Translations under genes and position numbers: made by a program
The notes under the pieces: model-generated
Database searches by the model: none
Told to the model about the DNA's origin: nothing
What the model saw: the letters and a program-made list of their open reading frames with translations, nothing else
Source: an uncultured Candidatus Binatia bacterium
GTDB taxonomy: Bacteria > Desulfobacterota > Binatia > UBA9968 > JAJDTQ01
Reading direction: 5' to 3'
Assembly: GCA_965215605.1 (NCBI GenBank)
Contig: OZ244070.1
Location: 1,504,001-1,568,000, forward strand
Length of the DNA stretch: 64,000 nucleotides
Shown here: one piece after another, positions 29,620 through 39,094 of the stretch
How the letters are laid out: every line of letters starts with the position of its first letter
Position numbering within the stretch: position 1 is the stretch's first letter

Positions 29620-31848
29620 CTACCCCTTCCGGCTCAGCGCCTCGAACACCTTCTCGGACGTGATCGGCAGCGACGTGATGCGGGCACCGCAGGCGTCGGC
29701 CACGGCGTTGGCGATGGCTCCCGCGGTGGGGATGTTGGCGGTCTCGCCGATGGCCATGCTGTTGTAGGGGCCCGGCCCGCGTTTGTGCTCCGTCACCAGG
29801 GTGGTCAGCTCCGGGACGTCCCGGACCGTGGGGATCTTGTAGTCGCCGAAGTTGGCGGTGGTGACCTTGCCGTCGTCCACCATGAGGTGCTCCATCAGGC
29901 CGTAGCCGATGCCGGTCATGCTGGCGCCCTCGATCTGGCCCTGGTGCATGAGCGGGTTCAGGATGGTGCCGGTGCTGTGGCTCGTGACCAGCCGCTTGAG
30001 CTCGATGTTGCCGGTCTCGGGGTCCACCTCCACCTCGGCGATCTGCGCGCACATGGCGGCATCCGCCACCTTGGAGGTGTCGTCGTAGAGCCCCTCGGTC
30101 TCGATGGCCGAGCCCTTGGCCTTGACTACGTCGGCGTAGCTCATGCCCCGGTCGGCGCTCTTGTGCACCACCTGTCCGTCGGAAAGGTCGAGGTCTTCCC
30201 TGGGCGCGTCCAGCGCGTTGGCGCCGGCGTCCAGGAGCTCCTCCCGCGTCTTCATGATGCCGTCGTAGCCCGCGTTGCCATAGACCCGGGTGCCGCGGCT
30301 GCCGCCCAGGCCGGAGTCCTGGATGCCGGCGCTGGTGTCGAAGTGCTCGAACTTGATGTTCTCGGCCGGGATCTTGAGCTCCTGCTCCGCCATCTGCTCC
30401 AGCAGCGTGAAGGTGCCGACGCCCTGGTCTAGCATGGCCGAGGAAACCGTCAGCGTGCCGGTTTCGTCCAGCCGAAATTTCACCAACCCCTTGCCGCCGT
30501 TCACCGACCACTGCACCAAGCCGATGCCCCTGCCCACGTTCTTGGGCCGGGGCTCGTAGTACTTGACCTCGTCAAGGGCCTTGTCGAACACCGCGTTGGA
30601 GCCGACGTAGTCGACCTTCTCGCCCACCGGCGAGTCGTGGACCCCCTCCAGCAGGTTCTTCTTGCGCAGCTCCGCCGGATTCATGCCAAGCGCCTCGGCC
30701 AGCAGGTCGAGCTGGCTCTCGTTGGCGAAGAATCCCTGCGGGTCGCCCGGCGAGCGCATGTGCCCGCACGGCACCTGGTTGGTGTAAACCATGTGCTCTT
30801 CCACGAACGTATTGGGCATGTTGTAGGGGCCGGGGGACTTCTGCGGTCCGCCGAGGATGCCGTTGGGCTTGAAAGCGCAGTAGGCGCCGGTATCGAAGAT
30901 GAAGTCCATGTGGTGGGCGGTGATGGTGCCGTCCTTCTTGGCCCCGGTCTTGACCTTGATGATGGAAGCGTGGCGCGGGTTGCCGGCAATGAACTCCTCG
31001 TCGTAGTCCATGACGATCTTGACCGGACGGCCGCCGCTCTTCTTCGACAGCGAGTAGCACAGGGCGATGTCCATGAAGTCGCCCTTGCCGCCGAAGTCGC
31101 CGCCGATGTAGCACGGATGCACCACGATGGTCTCGGGGTCCACCTGCACCGCGGCGGCTACCTGACCGCGGATGCCGTAGGGCACCTTGCTGCACGCCCA
31201 GATCTCGGCCGCGCCGGTGGCCGGGTCGGTCCTGGCCACGCAGGAATGCGGCTCGATGTAGGCTTGGTGGACCTTGGGCGTGGTGAAGGTGTTCTCGACG
31301 ATGACGTCCGCCTCCTCGAATCCCTTGTCGATGTCGCCCTTTTCCCAGCTGACGTAGATCACCCGGTTGGTGGGGCCGTCGAGCTTCTGCGGCAGCCCCT
31401 TGTAGGTATGCACCTCCGGGTGAAGCAGCGTCGCCGAGGACTCCATGGCCTCCACGGGATCGAGGACGGGATCCAATTCCTCGTACTCCACCTCGATGAG
31501 CGCGGCGGCTTCCTCGGCCGCGTCCTCGGTCTCGGCGGACACCGCCGCCACCTTCTCGCCGATGAAGCGCACGATGCCGTCGGCCACGATGGGCATGTCC
31601 ACCACGCGCCGGCCGATGCGCAGTCCGGCGACGTCCTCGCCGGTGAGAATTCCGACGACGCCCGGTACCTGCATGGCCTTGCTGGTGTCGATGCTCTTGA
31701 TGCGGCCATAGGAGATGGGACTGCGCAGGATCTTGCCCCAGAGCATGTCCGGGAACGTGACGTCCACCGCGTACTTGGCCTTGCCGCTTACCTTGTATTC
31801 ACCATCGATGCGGGGTGTGGAAACCCCCACGCTGTGCTTTTCCGCCAT
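29620..31848 (-). CDS. Xanthine dehydrogenase family molybdopterin-binding subunit (stand-alone)
   Basis: Start MAEKHSVG after GAGGTG; IEPH, IGGDFGGK, GHMRSPG, GQIEG, DYKIPT, AIGE. Confidence 0.92.
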   Translation of the reverse strand: MAEKHSVGVSTPRIDGEYKVSGKAKYAVDVTFPDMLWGKILRSPISYGRIKSIDTSKAMQVPGVVGILTGEDVAGLRIGRRVVDMPIVADGIVRFIGEKVAAVSAETEDAAEEAAALIEVEYEELDPVLDPVEAMESSATLLHPEVHTYKGLPQKLDGPTNRVIYVSWEKGDIDKGFEEADVIVENTFTTPKVHQAYIEPHSCVARTDPATGAAEIWACSKVPYGIRGQVAAAVQVDPETIVVHPCYIGGDFGGKGDFMDIALCYSLSKKSGGRPVKIVMDYDEEFIAGNPRHASIIKVKTGAKKDGTITAHHMDFIFDTGAYCAFKPNGILGGPQKSPGPYNMPNTFVEEHMVYTNQVPCGHMRSPGDPQGFFANESQLDLLAEALGMNPAELRKKNLLEGVHDSPVGEKVDYVGSNAVFDKALDEVKYYEPRPKNVGRGIGLVQWSVNGGKGLVKFRLDETGTLTVSSAMLDQGVGTFTLLEQMAEQELKIPAENIKFEHFDTSAGIQDSGLGGSRGTRVYGNAGYDGIMKTREELLDAGANALDAPREDLDLSDGQVVHKSADRGMSYADVVKAKGSAIETEGLYDDTSKVADAAMCAQIAEVEVDPETGNIELKRLVTSHSTGTILNPLMHQGQIEGASMTGIGYGLMEHLMVDDGKVTTANFGDYKIPTVRDVPELTTLVTEHKRGPGPYNSMAIGETANIPTAGAIANAVADACGARITSLPITSEKVFEALSRKG

Positions 31849-31963
31849 TGGCTCACCTCTGGAAGGTTGTTGAAGATGCGGGTGTCGAGACCCTGGAAAC
31901 AAAGCACCTTCCTTACCACACGAGTCGGTCAATGTGTAATTGTCAGCGGTCCGCCAGCGCTCG

Positions 31964-31999
31964 AACAAAAACGGCCCGGCAGTGGGTACTGCCGGGCCG
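31964..31999 (-). terminator. Rho-independent terminator after the eutA-like gene
   Basis: Minus strand CGGCCCGGCAGT-ACCC-ACTGCCGGGCCG-TTTTTGTT: 12-bp perfect stem plus U-tract. Confidence 0.85.
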
Positions 32000-32029
32000 G
32001 GGATTTCTGCGTCGCCGATCTCGCCCGGG

Positions 32030-33550
32030 TCAGACCAGCCGGCTTTCCGGGAACATGAACGACCGGATGGTGACCGGGATGACCTCGGTAACCCCCATGG
32101 CGTTGCCGACGTCGATGAAGTCCAGGTCGCCCACGTCGATGCCGTCCACGGCGATGATCTCGGGAGCGACTTTCAACTCTTCCTTGAGGATGCCGCCAAG
32201 GGACTTGGCCACGTCCATGTCCAGGATCAGGAATACATTGAGATCCGGGTCTGCCGGATCTTCCGCGTCGTTCACCACCGCGGCGATGCCTTCGGCCACG
32301 CGCCGGATGTACTTGTAGTTGGGCACTCCCTCGAGGCCCAGGGCCAGCGCCAGACCCGGCTTGTACTTCTCCAGGTCGAACTTGGCCAAGGCCGTCCGGA
32401 TGGTGCCCTGGATGTCGCAATTCTCGTCGATCAGGGCCTTGACCACCTGGAGCCCATAGACCGGCAGCGGCGTCTCGCTTGAGATGTAGCTGGTGTTGCC
32501 ACTGGCCTGGATCGTGTATTCGCCGGCGCCGATCACGGTGGCGCGGATGCCTTCCGTGGGCTCCTTGACCAGGTCCGCCCGGTTGAGCTCGGCGATGTGA
32601 TCACGGATCTCCTTGCCCAGGTAGGGGCCCACATCCCCGTAGGACGGAGTTTCGTGGTTGTAGATGTGCTCGGAGACGCCGCCGGAGAAGACAATGTGGT
32701 CGATGCTGCCGAGGCCGTCGTAACCCGGCAACTGATCCGTCACCAGCAGATGGGTTTCCAGGTCGGATAGCGGCTTGGCCTGTATGACGTTGAAGAGATA
32801 GGTCCCCATGTAGGCCGCGAACGCCTTCTTGACGTCGTCGGTAATGGTCTGACCCACCTCCACCGGCGTGCCCAGCTCCTTGGTGATGAACTTGGCCGGG
32901 AGCTCCACCCGCGTCACCACGTTGTTTTCGTCGAACGCAATGAGACGGGCGCCAACGCTGATGGCCGCGGTCTGGGTTACCGTTCCGTCCCGGATGACGG
33001 ACAGCTTGGTGGTGCCGCCGCCCATGTCGATGTTGAGGACGGTGGCGTCCGCCGACTTGGACAGGTCCACCGCGCCGCAGCCGTAGGCCGCCAGCAGCGC
33101 CTCGTGGTTGGGTCCGGCCGAGGCGCAGATGAACTTGCCGGAATCCTTGGCGAAATACTCCAGGATCGGCCGGGAGTTCTCCTTGTTGAGGGCCTCCCCG
33201 GTGATCACCACGGCGCCGGTGTCGATGTCGTCGTGGGTGTAGCCGGCCACGCGGTAGGACTCGTGGATGAAGTCCTCCACCTTGGCCGTGTCGATGAGCG
33301 TGCCGGAGCTGTACGGCGTCAGCATGATGGGCGAGCGGTACAGCACTTCCCGGTCAGTGACCCGGAACCGGGCCGAGAGCCCGGCCCCTTCCCGTCTGAG
33401 GGTCAGATGGGAAAAGACCAGGTGCGACGTGGAGGAGCCGATGTCGATGCCCACGCTGGTGAGCGAGAACATCTCGACCCCTTCGATGTCCTCCACGATG
33501 GCATCGGGGCCGGGGTGAAAGTGTTCGGGATTGTCTGCGTCGTCGTGCAT
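32030..33550 (-). CDS. EutA-like ASKHA ATPase (ethanolamine ammonia-lyase reactivating factor family)
   Basis: SVGIDIGSSTSHLVFS, TGAVVITGE, NIDMGGGTT, FSGGV, IRATVIGAG, DFIDVG. Confidence 0.85.
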   Translation of the reverse strand: MHDDADNPEHFHPGPDAIVEDIEGVEMFSLTSVGIDIGSSTSHLVFSHLTLRREGAGLSARFRVTDREVLYRSPIMLTPYSSGTLIDTAKVEDFIHESYRVAGYTHDDIDTGAVVITGEALNKENSRPILEYFAKDSGKFICASAGPNHEALLAAYGCGAVDLSKSADATVLNIDMGGGTTKLSVIRDGTVTQTAAISVGARLIAFDENNVVTRVELPAKFITKELGTPVEVGQTITDDVKKAFAAYMGTYLFNVIQAKPLSDLETHLLVTDQLPGYDGLGSIDHIVFSGGVSEHIYNHETPSYGDVGPYLGKEIRDHIAELNRADLVKEPTEGIRATVIGAGEYTIQASGNTSYISSETPLPVYGLQVVKALIDENCDIQGTIRTALAKFDLEKYKPGLALALGLEGVPNYKYIRRVAEGIAAVVNDAEDPADPDLNVFLILDMDVAKSLGGILKEELKVAPEIIAVDGIDVGDLDFIDVGNAMGVTEVIPVTIRSFMFPESRLV

Positions 33551-33586
33551 GGCTTGCTGTTCTTGCTGTGTCCGATTTCCCTGGAC

Positions 33587-34717
33587 CTACTGTTTTCCCA
33601 TCCCCTTGGACCACTCGTAGTCGGGGTTGGTGTAGGCTTCCTCGTGCATGAGGCTCGTGGTGCCCCGTTTCGCCAGTTCCTCCTCGAACTTGGCCCGGAC
33701 GAACGGATCCTCGTCCGGATACTCGATCTGGTCCTTGGCCCTGTCTTCGACCTTTTCCGCGTAGCCGTGGAACTGCATGGGCGGATGGAAGGCCAAATAC
33801 CGCGCGGGGGTGGTACCCGCGTTGAAGTGCTGGTGGAACCACTTGTTGGGCGGCACGAAGACGCTGGCCTCGTGCCAGGGCACCACGATCTTCTCCTTGC
33901 CCTCTTCCCACAGGATCGAGTAGCCCTCGCCCGCGGGAATGACGATGACCCGGCCCGGGCCGTGGCGGTGCGCCTTCTTGTAGGTGCGCGACGCGAACAC
34001 CGACATGTGGCAGGAAAGCTCGGAGTTGGGAAACTCGATGAACACGCTGTGGCCGCCGGCGCCCCGCTTCTTGTTCTCGTCCAGCTTGTCCCAGGCCCTC
34101 ATGTCCGGGAAGAAGTTGCCGTACCAGTAGACCCGCCGGTTCCACACGTTCCACTTGCCGGAGTCGGTCACCATCTTGGCCTCGGAGTAGAACTCGCCTT
34201 CCTCGGAAGCGATGACGTCCTGGCCGGAAAACGGATTGTCGAAGAAGAAATCCGGGTCGCCCACGGAGGACATGGCCAGCGGCAGGTAGTTGTAGTGCAG
34301 CAGCCGGACCACCTTGTCACCCTGCATGTTGTTGATGGTGTAGTGGTAGTTGCGGGGGACGATGAACATGCTGTTGTTCTGCCACTCGAAGGTCTTCTTG
34401 GTGCCGTTGTCATCGCGCCAAACGGTGGTGGTGCCGCGGCCCTCGACCACGTAGCACACCTCATCCAGGGCGAACCGCACCGGCGGACTCGACTCCCCGG
34501 GAGCGATCTCCTGGATCCAGGCTCCGGTGACGCCCTCCTGACCCATGAGCTGCATGAAGGCCGCCTTGCACTTGCGGTCCTCCCACCATTCGAGGTCGCA
34601 AGTGCGCAGGTCCCCGATAAAATACCCCGTGTGGATCGGAAGTCCCAAGCCCTCCATCCAGTGGTCGTAGGTGAACTTGGTTTTCTCTGTTACGGCCTCG
34701 CTGATATCTTCTCCCAT
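33587..34717 (-). CDS. Bicupin protein (gentisate dioxygenase-like fold)
   Basis: N-cupin EVCYVVEGRGTT..WQ..SMFIVP; C-cupin KAHRHGPG...GEGYS...WFHQHFN. Confidence 0.8.
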   Translation of the reverse strand: MGEDISEAVTEKTKFTYDHWMEGLGLPIHTGYFIGDLRTCDLEWWEDRKCKAAFMQLMGQEGVTGAWIQEIAPGESSPPVRFALDEVCYVVEGRGTTTVWRDDNGTKKTFEWQNNSMFIVPRNYHYTINNMQGDKVVRLLHYNYLPLAMSSVGDPDFFFDNPFSGQDVIASEEGEFYSEAKMVTDSGKWNVWNRRVYWYGNFFPDMRAWDKLDENKKRGAGGHSVFIEFPNSELSCHMSVFASRTYKKAHRHGPGRVIVIPAGEGYSILWEEGKEKIVVPWHEASVFVPPNKWFHQHFNAGTTPARYLAFHPPMQFHGYAEKVEDRAKDQIEYPDEDPFVRAKFEEELAKRGTTSLMHEEAYTNPDYEWSKGMGKQ

Positions 34718-34814
34718 GAGACAACTCCTTGAATTGAGATTGGCTGAAACTCGCGTCTTTGTGGAACAAAAATCGGGCCGGCGGTGTGCCCAGCCCGAGA
34801 AACAGGAATGATTC

Positions 34815-34844
34815 TATATAGCGTCCCGCGGCACCAGGGGTCAA
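34815..34844 (-). promoter_or_regulatory. Candidate sigma70 promoter of the cupin-eutA operon
   Basis: Minus strand TTGACC-N18-TATATA. Confidence 0.35.
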
Positions 34845-34907
34845 GACCGTCAGCCGGGCTGGCCGTCCCACGGGCGACAGACTCCGAAGCCGACCCCGGA
34901 CCGCATA

Positions 34908-34936
34908 TTGACACGGCACACCTACTCTGTGAAACT
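34908..34936 (+). promoter_or_regulatory. Candidate sigma70 promoter of dxs
   Basis: TTGACA-N17-GAAACT with a TGn extension. Confidence 0.35.
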
Positions 34937-35004
34937 TCAATTGCTTACGGCGAAAAGGTGCGCGTGAAGGTTTATTTTTTGCCTTTGAAACGGGAGGACC
35001 CATC

Positions 35005-36900
35005 ATGTCCGTTCTGCGCATGATCAGCCGGCCACCGGACCTCAAGAAACTCTCTCCGGAGCAGTTCCCCGAATTGTGCGAAGAGATCCGCGAAGAGATC
35101 ATTTCAGTCATCTCCAACGTCGGCGGCCATCTGGCCTCCAATCTCGGGGTGATCGAACTGACGGTCGCCCTTCACTATCTGCTGGACACGCCGAGGGACC
35201 TGATCGTCTGGGACACCAGCAACCAAGCCTATGCCCACAAGCTGCTGACCGGGCGTCGGGAGCAGTTCCACACCATCCGTCAATTCGACGGATTGAGCGG
35301 GTTCTGCAAGCGCGAGGAGAGCGAGTACGACACGTTCAACGCCGGCCACGCCGGCACCGGCGTCTCGGCGGCGGTGGGATTCGTGGAGGCCCGGGAGCAG
35401 CGGAAACAGACACACAAGGTCGTGTGCGTCGTCGGCGACGGCGCGCTGACTTCGGGTCTGACCATGGAGGGTCTTCAGCAGGCGGGCGGATTGAACCGGG
35501 ATCTCCTGGTCATCCTCAACGACAACCAGATGTCCATCTCCAGGAACGTGGGGGCCATTTCCGCCTACCTGAACCGGACCATCACCGGCGAGTTCTTCGA
35601 CCGCATCACCGAGGAGACCAAGCGGGTGCTGGGCAAGATGCCCCACATCGGCGAACAGGTGCAGCGACTGGCCGGCCGCGCCCAGGAGCTGGTCAAGGGG
35701 CTGCTGCTGCCCGGGCTCCTGTTCGAGGAACTGGGGTTCCGGTACGTGGGACCCATCGACGGCCACCAGTTCGAGCATCTGTTGCCCACCCTGGAGAACG
35801 TGCTCAAGCTGGAGGGTCCCACGCTGCTGCACGTGGTCACCAAGAAGGGTCTGGGCTACGGTCCGGCCATGGACAACCCCGTGTGGTTCCATGCCAGCTC
35901 GCCCTTCGACCGCGAAACCGGGAGGGCCAAGAAAAAGTCCGCGAGACCTTCGTACAGCAGCTTCGCCGTAAACACGCTCATCCAGCTCGCCAAGGAAGAC
36001 CCGCGTATCGTGGCCATCACCGCCGCCATGTCCGAGGGGACCGGATTGGGCGCGTTCGAAAACCTCTTCCCCGAGCGGCTCTACGACGTCGGCATCGCCG
36101 AGCAGCATGCCGTGACCTTTGCCGCGGGCATGGCCGCCCAGGGCATGAGGCCGGTGATCCCCATTTACTCGACCTTCCTGCAACGGGCCTATGACCAGGT
36201 GGTCCACGACGTGGCCACGCAGAATCTCCCGGTGACGTTCTGCATCGACCGGGGCGGACTGGTGGCCGAGGACGGCACCACCCACCACGGCGCCTTCGAT
36301 CTGGCCTACCTCCGTCACGTGCCCAACATGGTGGTCATGGCCCCGAAGGACGAGAACGAGCTGCAGCACATGGTGAAGTCGTGCATCAGCTACGACAGGC
36401 CGGCGGCGGTCCGCTATCCCCGGGGATCGAGTCTCGGCGTGGACATGGACCCGATGCCGCAGGCGCTGCCCCTGGGCAAGGGCGAACTGCTGCGGGAAGG
36501 CACGGACATCGCGCTGGTGGCCATCGGCGTGACCGTGCACCAGGCGGTGGAGGCGGCCGCACGGCTGGCGCAGGAGGGAATCTCCGCCGCGGTGATCAAC
36601 GCGCGGTTCGTCAAGCCCATCGACGGCGACCTGATCGGGAGCGTGGCGAGGGACGTGAAGTGCCTGCTCACGGTGGAAGAATCCTCGGCCATGGGCGGAT
36701 TCGGCTCCGCCGTTCTTGAACTGTTGTCCAGTCAAGGTATTGTCGGGGTCAGGACGAAGTGCCTGGGGTTGCCCGACTGGTACATCGAGCAGGGACCCCA
36801 GGACCTGCTTCGCGAGAAGTACGGCTTGACTGCCGACGGGATCCATCAACAGGCCAAGGAGTTGCTGGCCCACGTCGCCGGTCGAGCGGAGGTAGCCTGA
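35005..36900 (+). CDS. dxs: 1-deoxy-D-xylulose-5-phosphate synthase
   Basis: GGHLASNLG, GDGALT...NDN (TPP), GPIDGH, DVGIAEQHA, YSTFLQR, DGTTHHG. Confidence 0.95.
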   Translation: MSVLRMISRPPDLKKLSPEQFPELCEEIREEIISVISNVGGHLASNLGVIELTVALHYLLDTPRDLIVWDTSNQAYAHKLLTGRREQFHTIRQFDGLSGFCKREESEYDTFNAGHAGTGVSAAVGFVEAREQRKQTHKVVCVVGDGALTSGLTMEGLQQAGGLNRDLLVILNDNQMSISRNVGAISAYLNRTITGEFFDRITEETKRVLGKMPHIGEQVQRLAGRAQELVKGLLLPGLLFEELGFRYVGPIDGHQFEHLLPTLENVLKLEGPTLLHVVTKKGLGYGPAMDNPVWFHASSPFDRETGRAKKKSARPSYSSFAVNTLIQLAKEDPRIVAITAAMSEGTGLGAFENLFPERLYDVGIAEQHAVTFAAGMAAQGMRPVIPIYSTFLQRAYDQVVHDVATQNLPVTFCIDRGGLVAEDGTTHHGAFDLAYLRHVPNMVVMAPKDENELQHMVKSCISYDRPAAVRYPRGSSLGVDMDPMPQALPLGKGELLREGTDIALVAIGVTVHQAVEAAARLAQEGISAAVINARFVKPIDGDLIGSVARDVKCLLTVEESSAMGGFGSAVLELLSSQGIVGVRTKCLGLPDWYIEQGPQDLLREKYGLTADGIHQQAKELLAHVAGRAEVA

Positions 36901-36946
36901 ACCTGCTTTTGCCCACTCTGTTAATGGCCCTTGACCGGAGGGAATC

Positions 36947-37759
36947 ATGATTCACGTCTTGCCTGTTCGATGGGTACTTGCCCTGTCGTGTCTTGCGTTC
37001 CTGGCTTCTCTGGGCGACCCGCCGGCGGCGCGGTCGGAGACCCCCGAGGAAAAGGGGTTGCGGATCGCGCGCGAAACTCGCGAGCGGGCAACGGGCTTCG
37101 GCAATTTCACCGCGCACCAGACCATGGTGCTGCGCAACAAGCAGGGGCAGGAAAGCAAGCGTCAGAGCCGTCTCAAGGTTCTGGAGGCGCCCGGAGACGG
37201 AGACAAGAGCCTGTTCGTGTTCGACCAGCCCCGGGACGTCAAGGGGACGGCTTTCCTCATCCATGCGCACAAGGACAAGGCAGACGACCAATGGCTCTTC
37301 CTGCCGGCGCTCAAACGGGTCAAGCGCATCAGCTCGTCGAATCGTTCCGGCTCCTTCATGGGCAGCGAGTTCGCCTACGAGGACATGGGCAGCTCGGAAG
37401 TGGAACGATACACCTACAAATACCTGCGGGACGAGCCTTGCGGCGACACCACGTGCACGGTGGTGGAACGCTTCCCGGTCACCAAGAGGTCCGGCTATCG
37501 CCGCCAGGTGGTGTGGCAGGACAAGGACGAGCTCCGGCTCTGGAAGGTCGAATACTACGACCGGAAGAACGCCCATCTGAAGACCCTGACGCTGGCCAAG
37601 TACCAGAAGTATCTGGATCGCTACTGGCAGGCGCACGAGATGTCCATGGTCAATCACCTGACGGGCAAGAGCACGCTGCTGACCTGGACGGATTTCAAGT
37701 ACCGGACCAAGCTCAATGAAAGGGACTTCACCCGCACCGGCCTGAAACGGGCGCGTTGA
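36947..37759 (+). CDS. Outer membrane lipoprotein-sorting protein (LolA-like)
   Basis: Signal peptide; PRDVKGTAFL, DDQWLFLPALKRVKRI, SFMGSEFAYED, YYDRK..HLKTL. Confidence 0.85.
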   Translation: MIHVLPVRWVLALSCLAFLASLGDPPAARSETPEEKGLRIARETRERATGFGNFTAHQTMVLRNKQGQESKRQSRLKVLEAPGDGDKSLFVFDQPRDVKGTAFLIHAHKDKADDQWLFLPALKRVKRISSSNRSGSFMGSEFAYEDMGSSEVERYTYKYLRDEPCGDTTCTVVERFPVTKRSGYRRQVVWQDKDELRLWKVEYYDRKNAHLKTLTLAKYQKYLDRYWQAHEMSMVNHLTGKSTLLTWTDFKYRTKLNERDFTRTGLKRAR

Positions 37760-39009
37760 TGCCGCGCGTCTCTCTCCAGATCGCGGCGGCCGGGACGGCA
37801 CTGGTCCTGGCATCCGTCCTTGCCGCCGGCCGGGCCCCGGCCATCGAGGTGTCCGGACGGGTGGGCCTGGAGAGCCGGTGGTACCACCGGGACGAAGCCC
37901 ACCCCGGCCAGCGCTCCCACGCCTCGGGCATCGTGGTCGAGCCCAAGCTGTACGCCGAGGACGACGAGGGCAGAAGCGTCACCCTGGCGCCCTTCTTCCG
38001 CTATGACGGCGGCGACTCCCGCCGCACCCACTTCGACGTGCGGGAGGCCTACTTCCTGGTCTTCGGCGCGCTCGGCGAAGGCGAGTGGGAGTTGCGGCTG
38101 GGCGCGGACCGGGTGTTCTGGGGGGTCGCGGAATCGCGCCACTTGGTGGACATCGTCAACCAGACCGACCTGATCGAGAATCCCAACGAAGAAGCCAAGC
38201 TCGGGCAACTCATGGCCCACGTGACATGGTCCGGCGAGTGGGGCGTGGCGGAGTTCTTCGCGCTGCCGTATCACCGGGAACGCACTTACTCGGGCCGGGA
38301 AGGCCGCCTGCGCGGCCAGTTCGTGGTAGACGACAAGCGCGTCTCCTACGAAAGCGCGGCCGAGGAATGGCACGTGGACCTCGCGGCGCGGTACAGCCAC
38401 AGTTTCGGCCCGCTGGATCTGGGTATCAGCGTCTTCGACGGCACCAGCCGGGAGCCCTGTCTGGTCTGCGAGCGGCCCAGGCTGAACGAAAGATTGGAGT
38501 TGCTGCTGGTGCCACACTACGAGCAGATCCGCCAGTTCGGTCTGGACGCCCAGCTCACCATCGAGTCATGGTTGCTCAAGCTCGAGGCCATTCACCGAAG
38601 CGGCTTCTCGAATCTGGCGGGGCGCGGGGAAGACTACGCGGCCTTCGTCGCGGGCGGAGAGTACACGTTCAGCGGCATCTTCGAGTCGGAACTCGACCTC
38701 GGCCTGCTCGCCGAATGGAACTACGACAGGCGGAGGGAGACGGCCACCCATCCCTTCGACAACGACCTCTTCCTGGGCGCGCGCCTGGGGTTCAACGACG
38801 TCCAGAGCACCGAGGTCGTCGTCAGCCTGCTGGCGGACGCCGAGCATTCCACGCGTTCGCTGTTCGTCGAATTCAACCGCCGCCTCTCGGACAGTTGGTC
38901 GCTGCACCTCGAGAGCGCCTTCTTCCTGGCGGTGGACAGGGCGGATCGCACCACCTACCCGACCCGGCGCGACAGCTTCATCGAACTGCACCTGAGCTAC
39001 AATTTCTAG
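37759..39009 (+). CDS. Putative outer membrane beta-barrel/porin
   Basis: TGATG coupling to upstream gene; signal peptide; REAY, VFWGVAES..LVDIVNQ, C-terminal IELHLSYNF beta-signal. Confidence 0.75.
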   Translation: MPRVSLQIAAAGTALVLASVLAAGRAPAIEVSGRVGLESRWYHRDEAHPGQRSHASGIVVEPKLYAEDDEGRSVTLAPFFRYDGGDSRRTHFDVREAYFLVFGALGEGEWELRLGADRVFWGVAESRHLVDIVNQTDLIENPNEEAKLGQLMAHVTWSGEWGVAEFFALPYHRERTYSGREGRLRGQFVVDDKRVSYESAAEEWHVDLAARYSHSFGPLDLGISVFDGTSREPCLVCERPRLNERLELLLVPHYEQIRQFGLDAQLTIESWLLKLEAIHRSGFSNLAGRGEDYAAFVAGGEYTFSGIFESELDLGLLAEWNYDRRRETATHPFDNDLFLGARLGFNDVQSTEVVVSLLADAEHSTRSLFVEFNRRLSDSWSLHLESAFFLAVDRADRTTYPTRRDSFIELHLSYNF

Positions 39010-39054
39010 TGTCCTGTGCCACGTAATTCATTACCAAGCTGCGCAGGACACTGG
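39006..39054. repeat. CTAGTGTCC-type miniature inverted-repeat element; possible bidirectional terminator
   Basis: CTAGTGTCCTGTGC-N21-GCGCAGGACACTGG; its TAG is the stop codon of the beta-barrel gene. Confidence 0.7.
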
Positions 39055-39094
39055 CGGTGAATGAAGAGATGGCGATGCGGCGGGCCGGCACGCG

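Noticed and set aside
32030-33550. Ethanolamine utilisation locus
   Set aside because: No eutB, eutC or microcompartment genes in the window.
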